Source: Mobula hypostoma
Taxonomy: Eukaryota
Length of the DNA stretch: 64,000 nucleotides
Direction: 5' to 3'
Assembly (NCBI RefSeq): GCF_963921235.1
Contig: NC_086108.1
Span: 18,228,001-18,292,000, forward strand
In this document: piece after piece, positions 25,501-39,152 of the stretch
How positions within the stretch are numbered: position 1 is the stretch's first letter
How the letters are laid out: each line of letters starts with the position of its first letter
Notes under the pieces: generated by a model
Told to the model about the DNA's origin: nothing
The model's input: the letters and a program-made list of their open reading frames with translations, nothing else
The model's database searches: none
Made by a program: the position numbers and the translations under genes

Positions 25501-28500
25501 GTAGAGTGTGGCGGTGTGAGATGGTATTGGGGACATGGTAATTTGTGACTCTGTAGGTGTTGGGGTGTGTGATGGTATTGGGGACAGGATGGTGTGTGAC
25601 TCTGTAGGGTGTGGGAGTGTGAGATGGTATTGAGGATGGTGTAGTCTGTGACTCTGTAGGGTGTGGTTGTGTGAGATGGTATTGGGCTTGGGGTAGTTTG
25701 TGACTCCGTACGGTGTGGAGGAGTGACAAGGTATTGGGGACAGGGTAGTCTGTGACTCTGTAGAGTGTGGCGGTGTGAGATGGTATTGGGGACAGGGTAA
25801 TTTGTGACTCTGTAGATGTTGGGGTGTGAGAAGGCATTGGGGACAGGATGGTGTGTGCCTCTGTAGGGTGTGGGAGTGTGAGATGGCATTGAGGATGGAG
25901 TAGTCTGTGACTCTGTAGGGTGTGCGGATGTGAGATGGTATTGGGGATGGTGTAGTCTGTGCCTCTGTAGCGTATGGGGATGTGAGATGGTATTGGGGTT
26001 GAGGTAGATTGTGGCTCTGTAGCGAGTGGGGGTGTGAGATGGTATTGGGTATGGGGTTGTGTGTGACTCTGTGGAGTGTGGGGGGGGGTGAGATGGTATT
26101 GGGAACGGAGTAGTGTGTGACTCTGTAGGGTGTGGTGGTGTGTGATGGTATGCAGGAAGGGGTAGTGTTTGACTCTGTAGGGTCTGGGGATGTGAGATGT
26201 TATTGGGCATGGGTAGTCTGTGACTATTTGAGGTGTGTGGATCTGAGTTGGTATTGAGGATGGTGTACTGTGTGACTCTGTAGGGTGTGGTTGTGTGAGA
26301 TGGTATTGGGGGCAGGGTTGTGTGTGACTCTATAGGGTGTGGTGGTGTGAGATGGTATTGGGGATCGGGAAGTATGTGACTCTGTAGAGTGTGGGGAATG
26401 TGATGGTAGTGAGCATGGGGTAGTGTGTGATTGTAGGGTGTTACGATGTGAGATGCTTTTGGGGACAGGGTTGTGTCAGACTCTGTAGGGTATGAGGTCG
26501 TGAGCTGGTACTGGGGACGGAGTAGTCTGTGACTCTGTAGGGTGTGGGGATGTGAGATGGTATTGGGGATGGTGTAGATTGTGGCTCTGTAGGGTGTGGG
26601 GATGTGAGATCGTTTTGGGGATATGACGGTATGTGACTCTGTAGGGTGTGCGGGTGTGAGATAGTATTGGGGATAGGGTATTCTGAGAATCTGTAGGGTG
26701 TGGGGGAGTGACAAGGTATTGTGGACAGGTAGTTTGTGACTCTGTAGGGTGTTGGAGTGTGAGATGGTATTGGGGATCGGGAAGTATGTGACTCTGTAGA
26801 GTGTGGGGGATGTGATGGTAGTGAGCATGGGGTAGTGTGTGATTGTAGGGTGTTACGATGTGAGATGGTTTTGGGGACAGGGTTGTGTCAGACTCTGTAG
26901 GGTATGGAGTCGTGAGATGGTACTGGGGACGGAGTAGTCTGTGACTCTGTAGGGTGTGGTTGTGTGAGATGGTATTGGGCTTGGGGTAGTTTGTGACTCC
27001 GTACGATGTGGAGGAGTGACAAGGTATTGGGGACAGGGTAGTCTGTGACTCTGTAGAGTGTGGCGGTGTGAGATGGTATTGGGGACAGGGTAATTTGTGA
27101 CTCTGTAGGTGTTGGGGTGTGAGATGGTTTTGGGGACAGGATGGTGTGTGACTCTGTAGGGTGTGGGAGTGTGAGATGGTATTGAGGATGGTGTAGTCTG
27201 TGACTCTGTAGGGTGTGGTTGTGTGAGATGGTATTGGGCTTGGGGTAGTTTGTGACTCCGTACGGTGTGGAGGAGTGACAAGGTATTGGGGACAGGGTAG
27301 TCTGTGACTCTGTAGAGTGTGGCGGTGTGAGATGGTATTGGGGACAGGGTAATTTGTGACTCTGTAGGTGTTGGGGTGTGAGATGGTATTGGGGACAGGA
27401 TGGTGTGTGACTCTGTAGAGTGTGGGAGTGTGAGATGGTATTGAGGATGGAGTAGTCTGTGACTCTGTAGGGTGTGGGGATGTGAGATGGTATTGGGGAT
27501 GGTGTAGTCTGTGCCTCTGTAGCGTATGGGGATGTGAGATGGTATTGGGGATGAGGTAGATTGTGGCTCTGTAGAGTGTGGGGATGTGAGATGGTATTGG
27601 GGATGGTGTAGATTGTGGCTCTGTAGAGTGTGGGGATGTGAGATGGTATTGGGGATGGGGTAGATTGTGGCTCTGTAGCGAGTGGGGATGTGAGATGGTA
27701 TTGAGGATGGGGCGGTGTGTGACACTCTAGGGAGTGGGGGGGTGAGATGGTATTGGGAACGGAGTAGTGTGTGACTCTGTAGGGTGTGGTGGTGTGTGAT
27801 GGTATTTCTAACAGGTTTGTGTGTGACTCTGTAGGGTGTGGGGTTGTGAGATGGTATTGGGTATACGGTGCTATGAGACTCTGTAGGGTGTGCGGGTGTG
27901 AGATGGTATTGGGGATGGGGTTGTGTGTGACTCTGTGGAGTGTGGGGGGGTGAGATGGTATTGGGAACGGAGTAGTGTGTGACTCTGTAGGGTGTGGTGG
28001 TGTGTGATGGTATGCAGGAAGGGGTAGCGGTTGACTCTGTAGGGTCTGGGGATGTGAGATGTTATTGGGCATGGGTAGTCTGTGACTATTTGAGGTGTGT
28101 GGATCTGAGTTGGTACTGAGGATGGTGTACTGTGTGACTCTGTAGGGTGTGGTTGTGTGAGATGGTATTGGGGACAGGGTTGTGTGTGACTCTATAGGGT
28201 GCGGTGGTGTGAGATGATATTGGGGATCTGGAAGTATGTGACTCTGTAGAGTGTGGGGGATGAGATGGTAGTGAGCATGGGGTAGTGTGTGATTGTAGGG
28301 TGTTACGATGTGAGATGGTTTTGGAGACAGGGTTGTGTCAGACTCTGTAGGGTATGAGGTCGTGAGATGGTACTGGGGACGGAGTAGTCTGTGACTCTGT
28401 AGGGTGTGGTGGTGTGAGATGGTATTTGGCTTGAGGTAGTCTGTGACTCTATAGGGTGTGGGGGAGTGACATGGTATTGAGCACAGGGTAGTCTGTGACT

Positions 28501-31500
28501 CTGTAGAGTGTGGGGGTGTGAGATTGTATTAGGGACAGGGTACATTGTGACTCTGTAGCGTGTGGGGGTGTGAGATGGTATTGGGGATAGGATGGTGTGT
28601 GACACTGTAGGGTGCGGTGATGTGAGATGGTATTGGGGATGGTGTAGTCTGCGCCTCTGTTGCGTGTGGGGGTGTGAGATGGTATTGGGGGTGGGGTAGA
28701 TTGTGACTCTGTAGGGTGTGGGGATCTGAGATGGTTTTGGGGATGGGGTAGTGTGTGACTCTAGTGTGTAGGGATGTGAGATGCTATTGACGATAGGGTG
28801 GTCTGTGACTCTGTAGGGTGTGGTTGTGTGAGATGGTACTTGGGACAGGTTAGTGTGTGACTCTGTAGGGTGTGGGAGTGCGAAATGGTATTGGGGATGT
28901 GGTGGTATGTGACTCTGTAAGGTGCGCGGGTGTGAGATGGTACAGGGGATGGGGTACTGTGTGACCCTGTGGAGTGTGGGGATGTGAGATGGTATTGGGG
29001 AACGGGTAATGTGTGACTCTATTGGGTGTGGGGGTATGAGATGGTACAGGGGATGGAGTAGTATGGGACTGTAGGGTGTTGGGATGTGGGATGGTATTGG
29101 GGACATTGTAGTGTGTGACTGTAGGGTGTTGTGGTGTTAGATGGTATTGAGGATGGGATAGTGTGTGATTCTGTCGGATGTGGGGGTGCGAGATGGTTTT
29201 GGGGACAGGTTAGTGTGTGACTCTGTAGGGTGTGGGGATATGAGATGGTATAGGGGATGGGGTAGTGTGTGACTGTAGGGTGTGGGGGTATGAGATGGTC
29301 TTGGGGATGGGGTAGTGTGTGACTGTAGGGTGTGGGGATGTGAGATGTCATGGGAGACGGAGTAGTGTGTGACTCTGTGGAGTGTTGGTGTGTGAAATGG
29401 TATTGGGGACGGGGCAGTGTCTGACTCTGTAAGGTCTGGGGGTGTGAGATGGTATTGGGGATGGATTAGTGTGTGATTGTAGGGTCTGGGGATGTGTGAT
29501 GGTATTGGGGACAGGGTTGTGTCTGACTCTGTAGGGTGTGGGAGTGTGAGATGCTACTGGGGACGAGTAGTCTGTGACTCTGTAGGGTGTGGTGGTGTGA
29601 GATGGTATTGGGCTTGGGGTAGTTTGTAACTCTGTAGGGTGTTGGGGAATGACAAGGCATTGAGGACAGGGTAATCTGTGACTCTGTAGAGTCTGGGGGT
29701 GTGAGATGGTATTGGGGACAGGGTAGTTTTTGACTGTAGGGTGTGGGGGTGTGGGAGTGTGAGATGGTATTGGGGACAGGATGGTGTATGACTCTGTAGG
29801 GTGTGGGAGTGGGAGATGGTATTTAGGATGGAGTAGACTGTGACTGTAGGTTGTGGGGATGTGAGATGGTATTGGGGATGGTGTACTCTGTGCCTCTGTA
29901 GCATGTGGGGATGTGAGATGTCATAGGAGACGGAGTAGTGTGTGAGTCTGTGGAGTGTTGGGGTTTGAAATGGTATTGGGGACGGGGTAGTGTGTGACTC
30001 TGTAGGGTGTGGGGATGTGAGATGGTCTTGGGGATGAGGTAGTGTGTGACTCTGTAGGGTGTGGTTGTGTGAGATGGTATTTGGGACAGGTTAGTGTGTG
30101 ACTCTGTAGGGTGTGGGGCTGTGAGATGGTATTGGGGATATGGTGGTATGTGACTCTGTAGGGTGTGCGGGTGTAAGATGGTATTGGAGATGGGGTTCTG
30201 TGTGCCTCTGTGGAGTCTGGGTGTGCGGGTGTGAGATAGTATTGAGGATTGGGTAGTATGTGACTCTGTGGAGTGTTTGGGCTGTGAGATGGTATTGCGG
30301 ATGGGGGAGTATGTGACTCTGTGGAGTGCTGGGGTGTGAGATGGTATTGGGGACAGGGTAGTGTGTGACTCTGTAAGGCGTGCGGGTGTGAGATTGTATT
30401 GGGGATGGGGTTGTGTGTGACTGTAGGGTGTGGGAATGTGAGATAGTATTGGGGACAGGGTAATTTGTGACTCTGTAGGGTGTGGGGGTGTGAGATGGTA
30501 TTGGGGATGTGGTAGTATGTGACTCTCTAGGGTGTAGGGGGTGAGATGGTAGTGAGCATGGGGTAGTGTGTGACTGTAGGGTGTGGGGATGTGAGATGGT
30601 ATTGGGGACAGGGTAGTTTGTGACTCTGTAGGATGTGGGGGTGTGAGATGGTATTGGGGACCGTGTAGTTTGTGACACTGTAGGGTGTGGGGGTGTGAGA
30701 TGGTATTGGGGATGGAGTAGTATGTGACTGTAGGGTGTGGGGATGTGAGATGTTCTTGACGATAGTGTAGTGTGTTATTCTGTGGAGTGTGGGGATGTGA
30801 GATGGTATTGTGGATGGGCTAGTGTGTGATTCTGTGGAGTTTTGGGGTGTGAAATGGTATTGGGGATGGGGTAGTGTGTGACTCTGTAGTGTCTGGGGGT
30901 TTGAGATGGTATTGGGGACAGGATGGCATTTGACTCTGTAGGGTGTGGGAGTGTGAGATGGTATTGAGGATGGGGTAGTCTGTGAGTCTGTTGGGTGTGG
31001 GGATGTGAGATGGTATTGGGGATGGTGTAGTCTGTTCCTCTGTCGCGTGTGGAGATGTGATCTGGTTTTGGGGATGGTGTAGTGTGTGACTGAAGGGTGT
31101 GGGGATGTGAGATAGTATTGACGATGGGGTCGTCAGTGACTCTGCAGGGTGTGGTTGTGTGAGATGGTATTTGGGACAGGTTAGTGTGTGATTCTGTGGA
31201 GTTTTGGGGTGTGAAATGGTATTGGGGATGGGGTAGTGTGTGACTCTGTAGTGTCTGGGGGTTTGAGATGGTATTGGGGACAGGATGGCATTTGACTCTG
31301 TAGGGTGTGGGAGTGTGAGATGGTATTGAGGATGGGGTAGTCTGTGAGTCTGTTGGGTGTGGGGATGTGAGATGGTATTGGGGATGGTGTAGTCTGTTCC
31401 TCTGTCGCGTGCGGGGATGTGATCTGGTTTTGGGGATGGTGTAGTGTGTGACTGAAGGGTGTGGGGATGTGAGATAGTATTGACGATGGGGTCGTCAGTG

Positions 31501-34500
31501 ACTCTGTAGGGTGTGGGGCTGTGAGATGGTATTGAAAATATGGTGGTATGTGACTCTGTAGGGTGTGCGGGTGTGAGATGGGATTGGGAATGGGGTTGTC
31601 ATGACTCCGTCGAGTGTGGGGTTGTGAGATGGTATTGGGGATGGGGTAGTGTGTTACTCTGTGGAGTGTCGGGGTGTGAGATGGTGTTGGGGATGGAGTA
31701 GTGTGTAACTGTAGGGTGTGGGGATGTGAGATGTTCTTGGAGATAGTCTGGTGTGTGAATCTGTAGGGCGTGGGGGTGTGAGATGGAATTGGGGACAGGG
31801 TAGTGTGTGACTCTGTAAGGTGTGCGGGTGTGAGATGGTATTGGGGTTGGGGTTGTGTGTGACTCTGTGGAGTGTTGGGGTGTGAGATGGTATTGGGGCT
31901 GGGGTAGTATATGACTCTGTAGGGTGTAGGGGGTGAGATCGTAGTGAACATGAGGTAGTGTATGGCTCTCGTGGGAGTGGGGGTGTGAGATGGTATTGGG
32001 GACGGAGTAGTATTTGACTCTGTAGGGTGTGGGAGTGTTTGATGGTATTTAGGATGCGGTAGTGTGTGACTCTGTAGGCTGTGGGAATGTGAGATGTTAT
32101 TGGGTTTGGTGTACTGTGTGAATGTAAGGTGTGGGGATGTGAGATGGTATTGAGGATGGTGTACTGTGTGACTCTGTAGGGTGTGGTCGTGTGAGATGGT
32201 ATTGGGGACAGCGTAGTGTGTGTCTCTGTAGGGTGCGGTGGTGTGAGATTCTATTGGGGATGGGGGAGTCTGTGACTGTGTAGGGTGTGGGGATGTGAGA
32301 TAGTATTAGGGATGGTGTAGTCTGTGCCTCTGTCGCGTGCGGGGATGTGATCTGGTTTTGGGGATGGTGTAGTGTGTGACTGAAGGGTGTGGAGATGTGA
32401 GATAGTATTGACGATGGGGTCGTCTGTGACTCTGCAGGGTGTGGTTGTGTGAGATGGTATTTGGGACAGGTTAGTGTGTGACTCTGTAGGGTGTGGTCGT
32501 GTGAGATGGTATTGGGGACAGCGTAGTGTGTGTCTCTGTAGGTTGCGGTGGTGTGAGATTCTATTGGGGATGGGGGAGTCTGTGACTGTGTAGGGTGTGG
32601 GGGTGTGAGGTGGTATTGTGGATGGGGTAGATTGTGACTCTGTAGGGGGTGGGAATGTGAGATGGTTTTGGGGATGGGGTAGTGTGTGACTGTAGGGTGT
32701 GGGGATGTGAGATGGTATTGTGGATGTGGTGGTATGTGACTCTGTTAGGTGTGCGGGTGTGATATGGTATTAGGGATGGGGTTGTGTGTGACGCTGTGGA
32801 GTGTTGGGGTGTGAGATGGTACTGAGGATGGGGTAGTCTGTAACTCTGTAGCGTGTGGGGATGTGATATGGTATTGAGGAAGGAATAGTGTGTGACGCTC
32901 TAGGAAATGGGGGTGTGAGATGGTATTGGGGACGCAGTAGTGTGTGACTCAGTAGGGTGTGGGGGTGTGTAATGGTATTCAGGATGGTGTAGTGACTAAC
33001 TTTGTAGAGTGTGGTTATGTGATATGGTATTGGGGACAGGGTAGTGTGTGACTCTGTAGGGTGCTGTGGTGTGAGATGGTATTGGGGATGGGGTAGTATG
33101 TAACTCTGTAGGGTGTGGGGGGTGAGATGGTAGTGAGCATGGGGTAGTTTCTGACTGTAGGGTGTGGGGATGTGAGATGGTATTGGGGACAGGGTTGTTT
33201 CTGACTCAGTTGGGAGTAGTCTGTGACTCTCTAGGCTGTGGGGGTGTGAGATGGTATTGTGGACAGGGTAGTTTTTGACTGTACAGTGTGGGGTGTGACA
33301 TGGTATTGGGGAGAGGATGGTGTGTGACTCTGTAGGGTGTGGGAGTGTGAGATTGTATTGAGGATGGGGTAGTCTGTGACTGTAAGCTGTGCGGGTGTGA
33401 GATGGTATTAGGGATGGGGTTGTGTGTGACTGTGGAGTGTTGGGTGTGAGATTGTATTCGGGATGGGGTAGAGTGTGACTCTGTGGAGTGTGGGGGTGTG
33501 AAATGGTATTGGGGATGGGGTAGAGTGTGACTCTGTAGGGTGGTGGTAGTGATATGGTATTGGGGATGGGGTAGTGTGTGACTCTGTAGGGTGTGGGGAT
33601 GTGAGATGTTATTGGGGACAGGGTAGTGTGTGATTCTGTAGGGCATGGGGATGTGAGATTGTATAGGGGACTTAGTAGTGTGTGACTCTGTGGGATGTGG
33701 GAGTGTGAGATGGTATTGGGAACGGATTAGTATGTGACTGTATGGTCTGGGGATGTGAGATGGTATTTGGTACAAAGTAGTGTGTGACTCTGTCGGGTAT
33801 GGGAGTGTGAGAAGGTATTGGGTACAGGGTAGTATGTGACTCTGTAGGGTGTGGGGATGTGAGATTCTATAGGGGACGGAGTAGTGTGTGACTCTGTAGG
33901 ATGTTGGGGTGTGAGATGGTACTGAGGATGGTGTAGACTGTGACTCTGTAGGGTGTGGGGTTGTGAGATGGTATTGAATATGGGGTAGTGTATGACGCTG
34001 TAGGGAGTGGGAGTGTGAGATGTTATTCAGAATGGGGTAGTGTGTGACTCTGTAGGGTGTGGGGATGTGAGATGTTATTGGGGATGCGGATGTTTGTGAC
34101 TCTTTGGGGTGTGGGGATGTGAGATGGTTTTGGGGATGGGGTACTGTGTGACTCAGTAGGGTGTGGTTGTGTGAGATGGTATTGAGGACAGGGAAGTTTG
34201 TGACTCTGTAGGGTGCGGTGGTGTGAGATGGTATTGGGGATGGGGTAGTATGTGACTCAGTAGGGTGTAGGGGGTGAGATGGTAGTGAGCATGGGGTAGT
34301 CTGTGACTCTGTAGGGTGTGGTTGTGTGAGATGGTATTTGGGACAGGTTAATGTGTGACTCTGTAGGGTGTGGGGCTGTGAGATAGTATTGGAGATGGGG
34401 TAGTGTGTGACTCTGTGGAGTGTGGGAGTGTGAGATGGTATTGGGGATGGGGGAGTGTGTGACTCTGTGGAGTGTGGGGGTGTGAAATGGTATTGGGGAT

Positions 34501-37500
34501 AGGGTAGTGTGAGACTCTGGTGTGGGGGTGTGAGATGGTATTGGGGATGGAGTAGTATGTGACTGTAGGGTGTTGGGATATGAGATGGTCTTGGGGACAG
34601 GATGGTGTGTGACTGTAGGGTGTGGGAGTGTGAGATGGTATTGGGGATGGTGTAGACTGTGCCTCTGTAGCGTGTGGGGGTGTGAGATGGTTTGGGGGAT
34701 GGGGTAGTGTGTGACTCTGTAGGGTGTGGGGATGTGAGATGGTATTGACGATGGGGTAGTCTGTGCATCTGTAGGGTGTGGTTGTGTGAGATGGTATTGG
34801 GGATGGGGTTGTGTGTGAGTCTGTGGAGTGCTGGGGTGTGGGATGGTATTCGGGATGGGGCAGAGTGTGAGGGTGTGAGATGGTATTGGGGACAGGATAG
34901 TTTTTGACTCTGTAGGCTGTGGGGGTTTGAGATGGTATTGGAGACAGAGTAGTTTGTGACTCTGTAGGGTATGGTTGTGTGAGATGGTATTTGGGACAGG
35001 TTAATGTGTGACTCTGTAGGGTGTGGGGCTGTGAGATAGTATTGGAGATGGGGTAGTGTGTGACTCTGTGGAGTGTGGGGGTGTGAGCTGGTATTGGTGA
35101 CGGGGGAGTGTGTGACTCTGGAGTGTGGGGGTGTGAGATGGTATTGGGGATAGGGTAGTGTCTGACTCTGTTTGGTGTGGGGGTGTGAGATGGTATTGGG
35201 GATGGGGTAGTCTGTGACTCTGTAGGGTGTGGGGATGTGAGATGGTATTGACGATGGGGTAGTCTGTGACTCTGTAGGGTGTGGTTGTGTGAGATGGTAA
35301 TGGGGATGGGGTTGTGTGTGATTCTGTGGAGTGCTGGGTGTGAGATGGTATTCGGGATGGGGTAGAGTGTGAGGGTGTGAGATGATATTGGGGACAGGGT
35401 AGTTTGCGACTTTGTAGGCTGTGGGGGTTTGAGATGGTATTGGGGACAGAGTAGTTCGTGACGCTGTAGGGTGTGGGGGTGTGAGATGGTATTGGTGATG
35501 GGGTAGTCTGTGACTCTGTAGGGTATGGTTGTGTGAGATGGTATTTGGGACAGGTTAGTGTGTGACTCTGTAGGGTGGTGGGCTGTGAGATGGTATTGGG
35601 GATGGGGAAGTGTGTGACTGTGTGGAGTGTGGGGGTGTGAGATGTTATTGGGGACAGGGTAGTGTGTGATTCTGTAGAGCATGGGGATGTGAGATTGTAT
35701 AGGGGACTTAGTAGTGTGTGACTCTGTGGGGTGTGGGGGTGTGAGATGGTATTGGGAACAGATTAGTATGTGACTGTATGGTCTGGGGATGTGAGATGGT
35801 ATTTGGCACAAAGTGGTGTGTGACTCTGTCGGGTATGGGAGTGTGAGAAGGTATTGGGTACAGGGTAGTATGTGACTCTGTAGGGTGTGGGGATGTGAGA
35901 TTCTATAGGGGACGGAGTAGTGTGTGACTCTGTAGGATGTTGGGGTGTGAGATGGTACTGAGGATGGTATAGACTGTGACTCTGTAGGGTGTGGGGTTGT
36001 GAGATGGTATTGAATATGGGGTAGTGTATGACGCTGTAGGGAGTGGGAGTGTGAGATGTTATTCAGAATGGGGTAGTGTGTGACTCTGTAGGGTGTGGGG
36101 ATGTGAGATGTTATTGGGGATGCGGATGTTTGTGACTCTTTGGGGTGTGGGGATGTGAGATGGTTTTGGGGATGGGGTACTGTGTGAATGTAGGGTGTGG
36201 GGATGTGAGATGGTATTGAGGATGGTGTACTGTGTGACTCAGTAGGGTGTGGTTGTGAGAGATAGTATTGAGGACAGGGAAATGTGTGACTCTGTAGGGT
36301 GCGGTGGTGTGAGATGGTATTGGGGATGGGGTAGTATGTGACTCAGTAGGGTGTAGGGGGTGAGATGGTAGTGAGCATGGGGTAGTCTGTGACTCTGTAG
36401 GGTGTGGTTGTGTGAGATGGTATTTGGGACAGGTTAATGTGTGACTCTGTAGGGTGTGGGGCTGTGAGATAGTATTGGAGATGGGGTAGTGTGTGACTCT
36501 GTGGAGTGTGGGAGTGTGAGATGGTATTGGGGATGGGGGAATGTGTGACTCTGTGGAGTGTGGGGGTGTGAAATGGTATTGGGGATAGGGTAGTGTGAGA
36601 CTCTGGTGTGGGGGTGTGAGATGGTATTGGGGATGGAGTAGTATGTGACTGTAGGGTGTTGGGATATGAGATGGTCTTGGGGACAGGATGGTGTGTGACT
36701 CTGTAGGGTGTGGGAGTGTGAGATGGTGTCGGGGGTGGTGTAGACTGTGCCTCTGTAGCGTGTGGGGGTGTGAGATGGTTTGGGGGATGGGGTAGTGTGT
36801 GACTGTAGGGTGTGGGATGTGAGATGGTATTGACGATGGGGTAGTCTGTGCATCTGTAGGGTGTGGTTGTGTGAGATGGTATTGGGGATGGGGTTGTGTG
36901 TGAGTCTGTGGAGTGCTGGGGTGTGGGATGGTATTCGGGATGGGGCAGAGTGTGAGGGTGTGAGATGGGATTGGGGACAGGGTAGTTTGTGACTCTGTAG
37001 GCTGTGGGGGTTTGAGATGGTATTGGGGATGGGGTAGTGTGTGACTCTGTTTGGTGTGGGGGTGTGAGATGGTATTGGGGATGGAGTAGTATGTGACTGT
37101 AGGGTGTTGGGATATGAGATGGTCTTGGGGACAGGATGGTGTGTGACTCTGTAGGGTGTGGGAGTCTGAGATGGTGTTGAGGATGGAGTAGTCTGTGACT
37201 CTGTAGGGTGTGGGGATGTGATATGGTATTGGGGATGGTGTAGACTGTGCCTCTGTAGCGTGTGGGGGTGTGAGATGGTTTGGGGGATGGGGTAGTGTGT
37301 GACTCTGTAGGGTGTGGGGATGTGAGATGGTATTGACGATGGGGTAGTCTGTGCATCTGTAGTGTGTGGTTGTGTGAGATGGTATTGGGGATGGGGTTGT
37401 ATGTGAGTCTGTGGAGTGCTGAGGTGTGGGATGGTATTCGGGATGGGGTAGAGTGTGAGGGTGTGAGATGGTATTGGGGACAGGGTAGTGTGTGACTCTG

Positions 37501-39152
37501 TAGTGTGTGGGGCTGTGAGATGGTATTGGGGATGTGATGGTATGTGTCTTTGTAAGGTGTGCGGGTGTGAGATGGTATTGGGGATGGGGTTGTGTGTGAG
37601 TCTGTGGAGTGCTGGTGTGTGAGATGGTATTCGGGATGGGGTAGAGTGTGAGGGTGTTAGATGATATTGGGGACAGGGTAGTTTGTGACTTTGTAGGCTG
37701 TGGGGGTTTAATGGTATTGGGGACATAGTAGTTCGTGACGCTGTAGGGTGTGGGGGTGTGAGATGGTATTGGTGATGGGGTAGTCTGTGACTCTGTAGGG
37801 TATGGTTGTGTGAGATGGTATTTGGGACAGGTTAGTGTGTGACTCTGTAGGGTGGTGGGCTGTGAGATGGTATTGGGGATGGGGAAGTGTGTGACTGTGT
37901 GGAGTGTGGGGGTGTGAGATGGTAGTGGCGATGGGGTAGTGTGTGACTCGGTTGGGTTTGGGGATGTGAGATGGTATTGGGGACAGGGTAGTTTGTGACT
38001 GTGTAGGGTGTGGGGGTATGAGATGGTATTGGGGACAGGGTGGTGTGTGACTCTGTAGGGTGTGGGGGTGTGAGATGGTCTTGGGGATGGGGTAGTGTGT
38101 GACTGTAGGGTGTGGGAAAGTGAGATGTTATAGGAGACGGTGTAGTGTGTGACTCTGTGGAATACTATGGTGTGAAATGGTATAGGGGATGGGGTAATTT
38201 GTGACACGGTAGGGTACGATGGTATTGGGGACGGATTAGTGTGTGACTGTCGGGTGTGGGGATGTGAGATGGTATTTGGTGCAGGGTGGTGTGTGACTCT
38301 GTAGGGGTGGGGATGTGTGATGGTATTCAGGGTGGGGTAGAGTGTGACTCGGTAGGGTGTGCGGATGTAAGATGTTATTGGGGATGGGGTACTCTGTGAC
38401 ACTTTGGGGTGTGGGGATGTGAGATGGTTTTGGGGATGGGGTAGTGTGTGACTGTAGGGTGTGGGGATTTGAGATGGTATTGAGGATGGTGTACTGTGTG
38501 ACTCTGTAGGGTGTGTTTGTGTGAAATGGTATTGGGGACGGGGTAGTGTGTGACTCGGTTGGGTGTGGGGGGTGTGAGATGGTATTGGGGATGGAGTAGT
38601 ATGTGACTGTGTTGGGTGTGGGGATGTGAGATTTCTTGGCGATAGTGTGGTGTGTGACTCTGTCGGGTGTTGGTGTGTAAGATGGTATTTGATACAAGGT
38701 GTTGTGTGCCTCTTTGGGTGTGGGAGTGTGAGATGGCATTAAGGATGGGATTGTGTGTGACTCTGTAGAGTGTGGGGATGTGAGATGGTAGTGGTGATGG
38801 AGTAGTGTGTGACTCGGTTGGGTGTGGGGGTGTGAGAAGGTATTGGGGATGGGGTAGTGTGTGACTGTAGGGTGTGGGGATGTGAGATGCTATTGGGGAC
38901 AGGATGGTGTTTGACTCTGTAGGGTGTGGGAGTGTAGATGGTCTTGAGGATGGGATAGTTTGTGACTCTGTAGGGTGTGGGGATGTGAGATGGTATTGGG
39001 GATGGGGTAGTCTGTTCCTCTGTCGCGTGTGGGGATGTGAGATGGTTTTGGAGATGGGGTTGTGTGTGACTGTAGGGTGTGGGGATGTGAGATAGTATTG
39101 ACGATGGGGTCGTCTGTGACTCTGCAGGGTGTGGTTGTGTGAGATGGTATTT

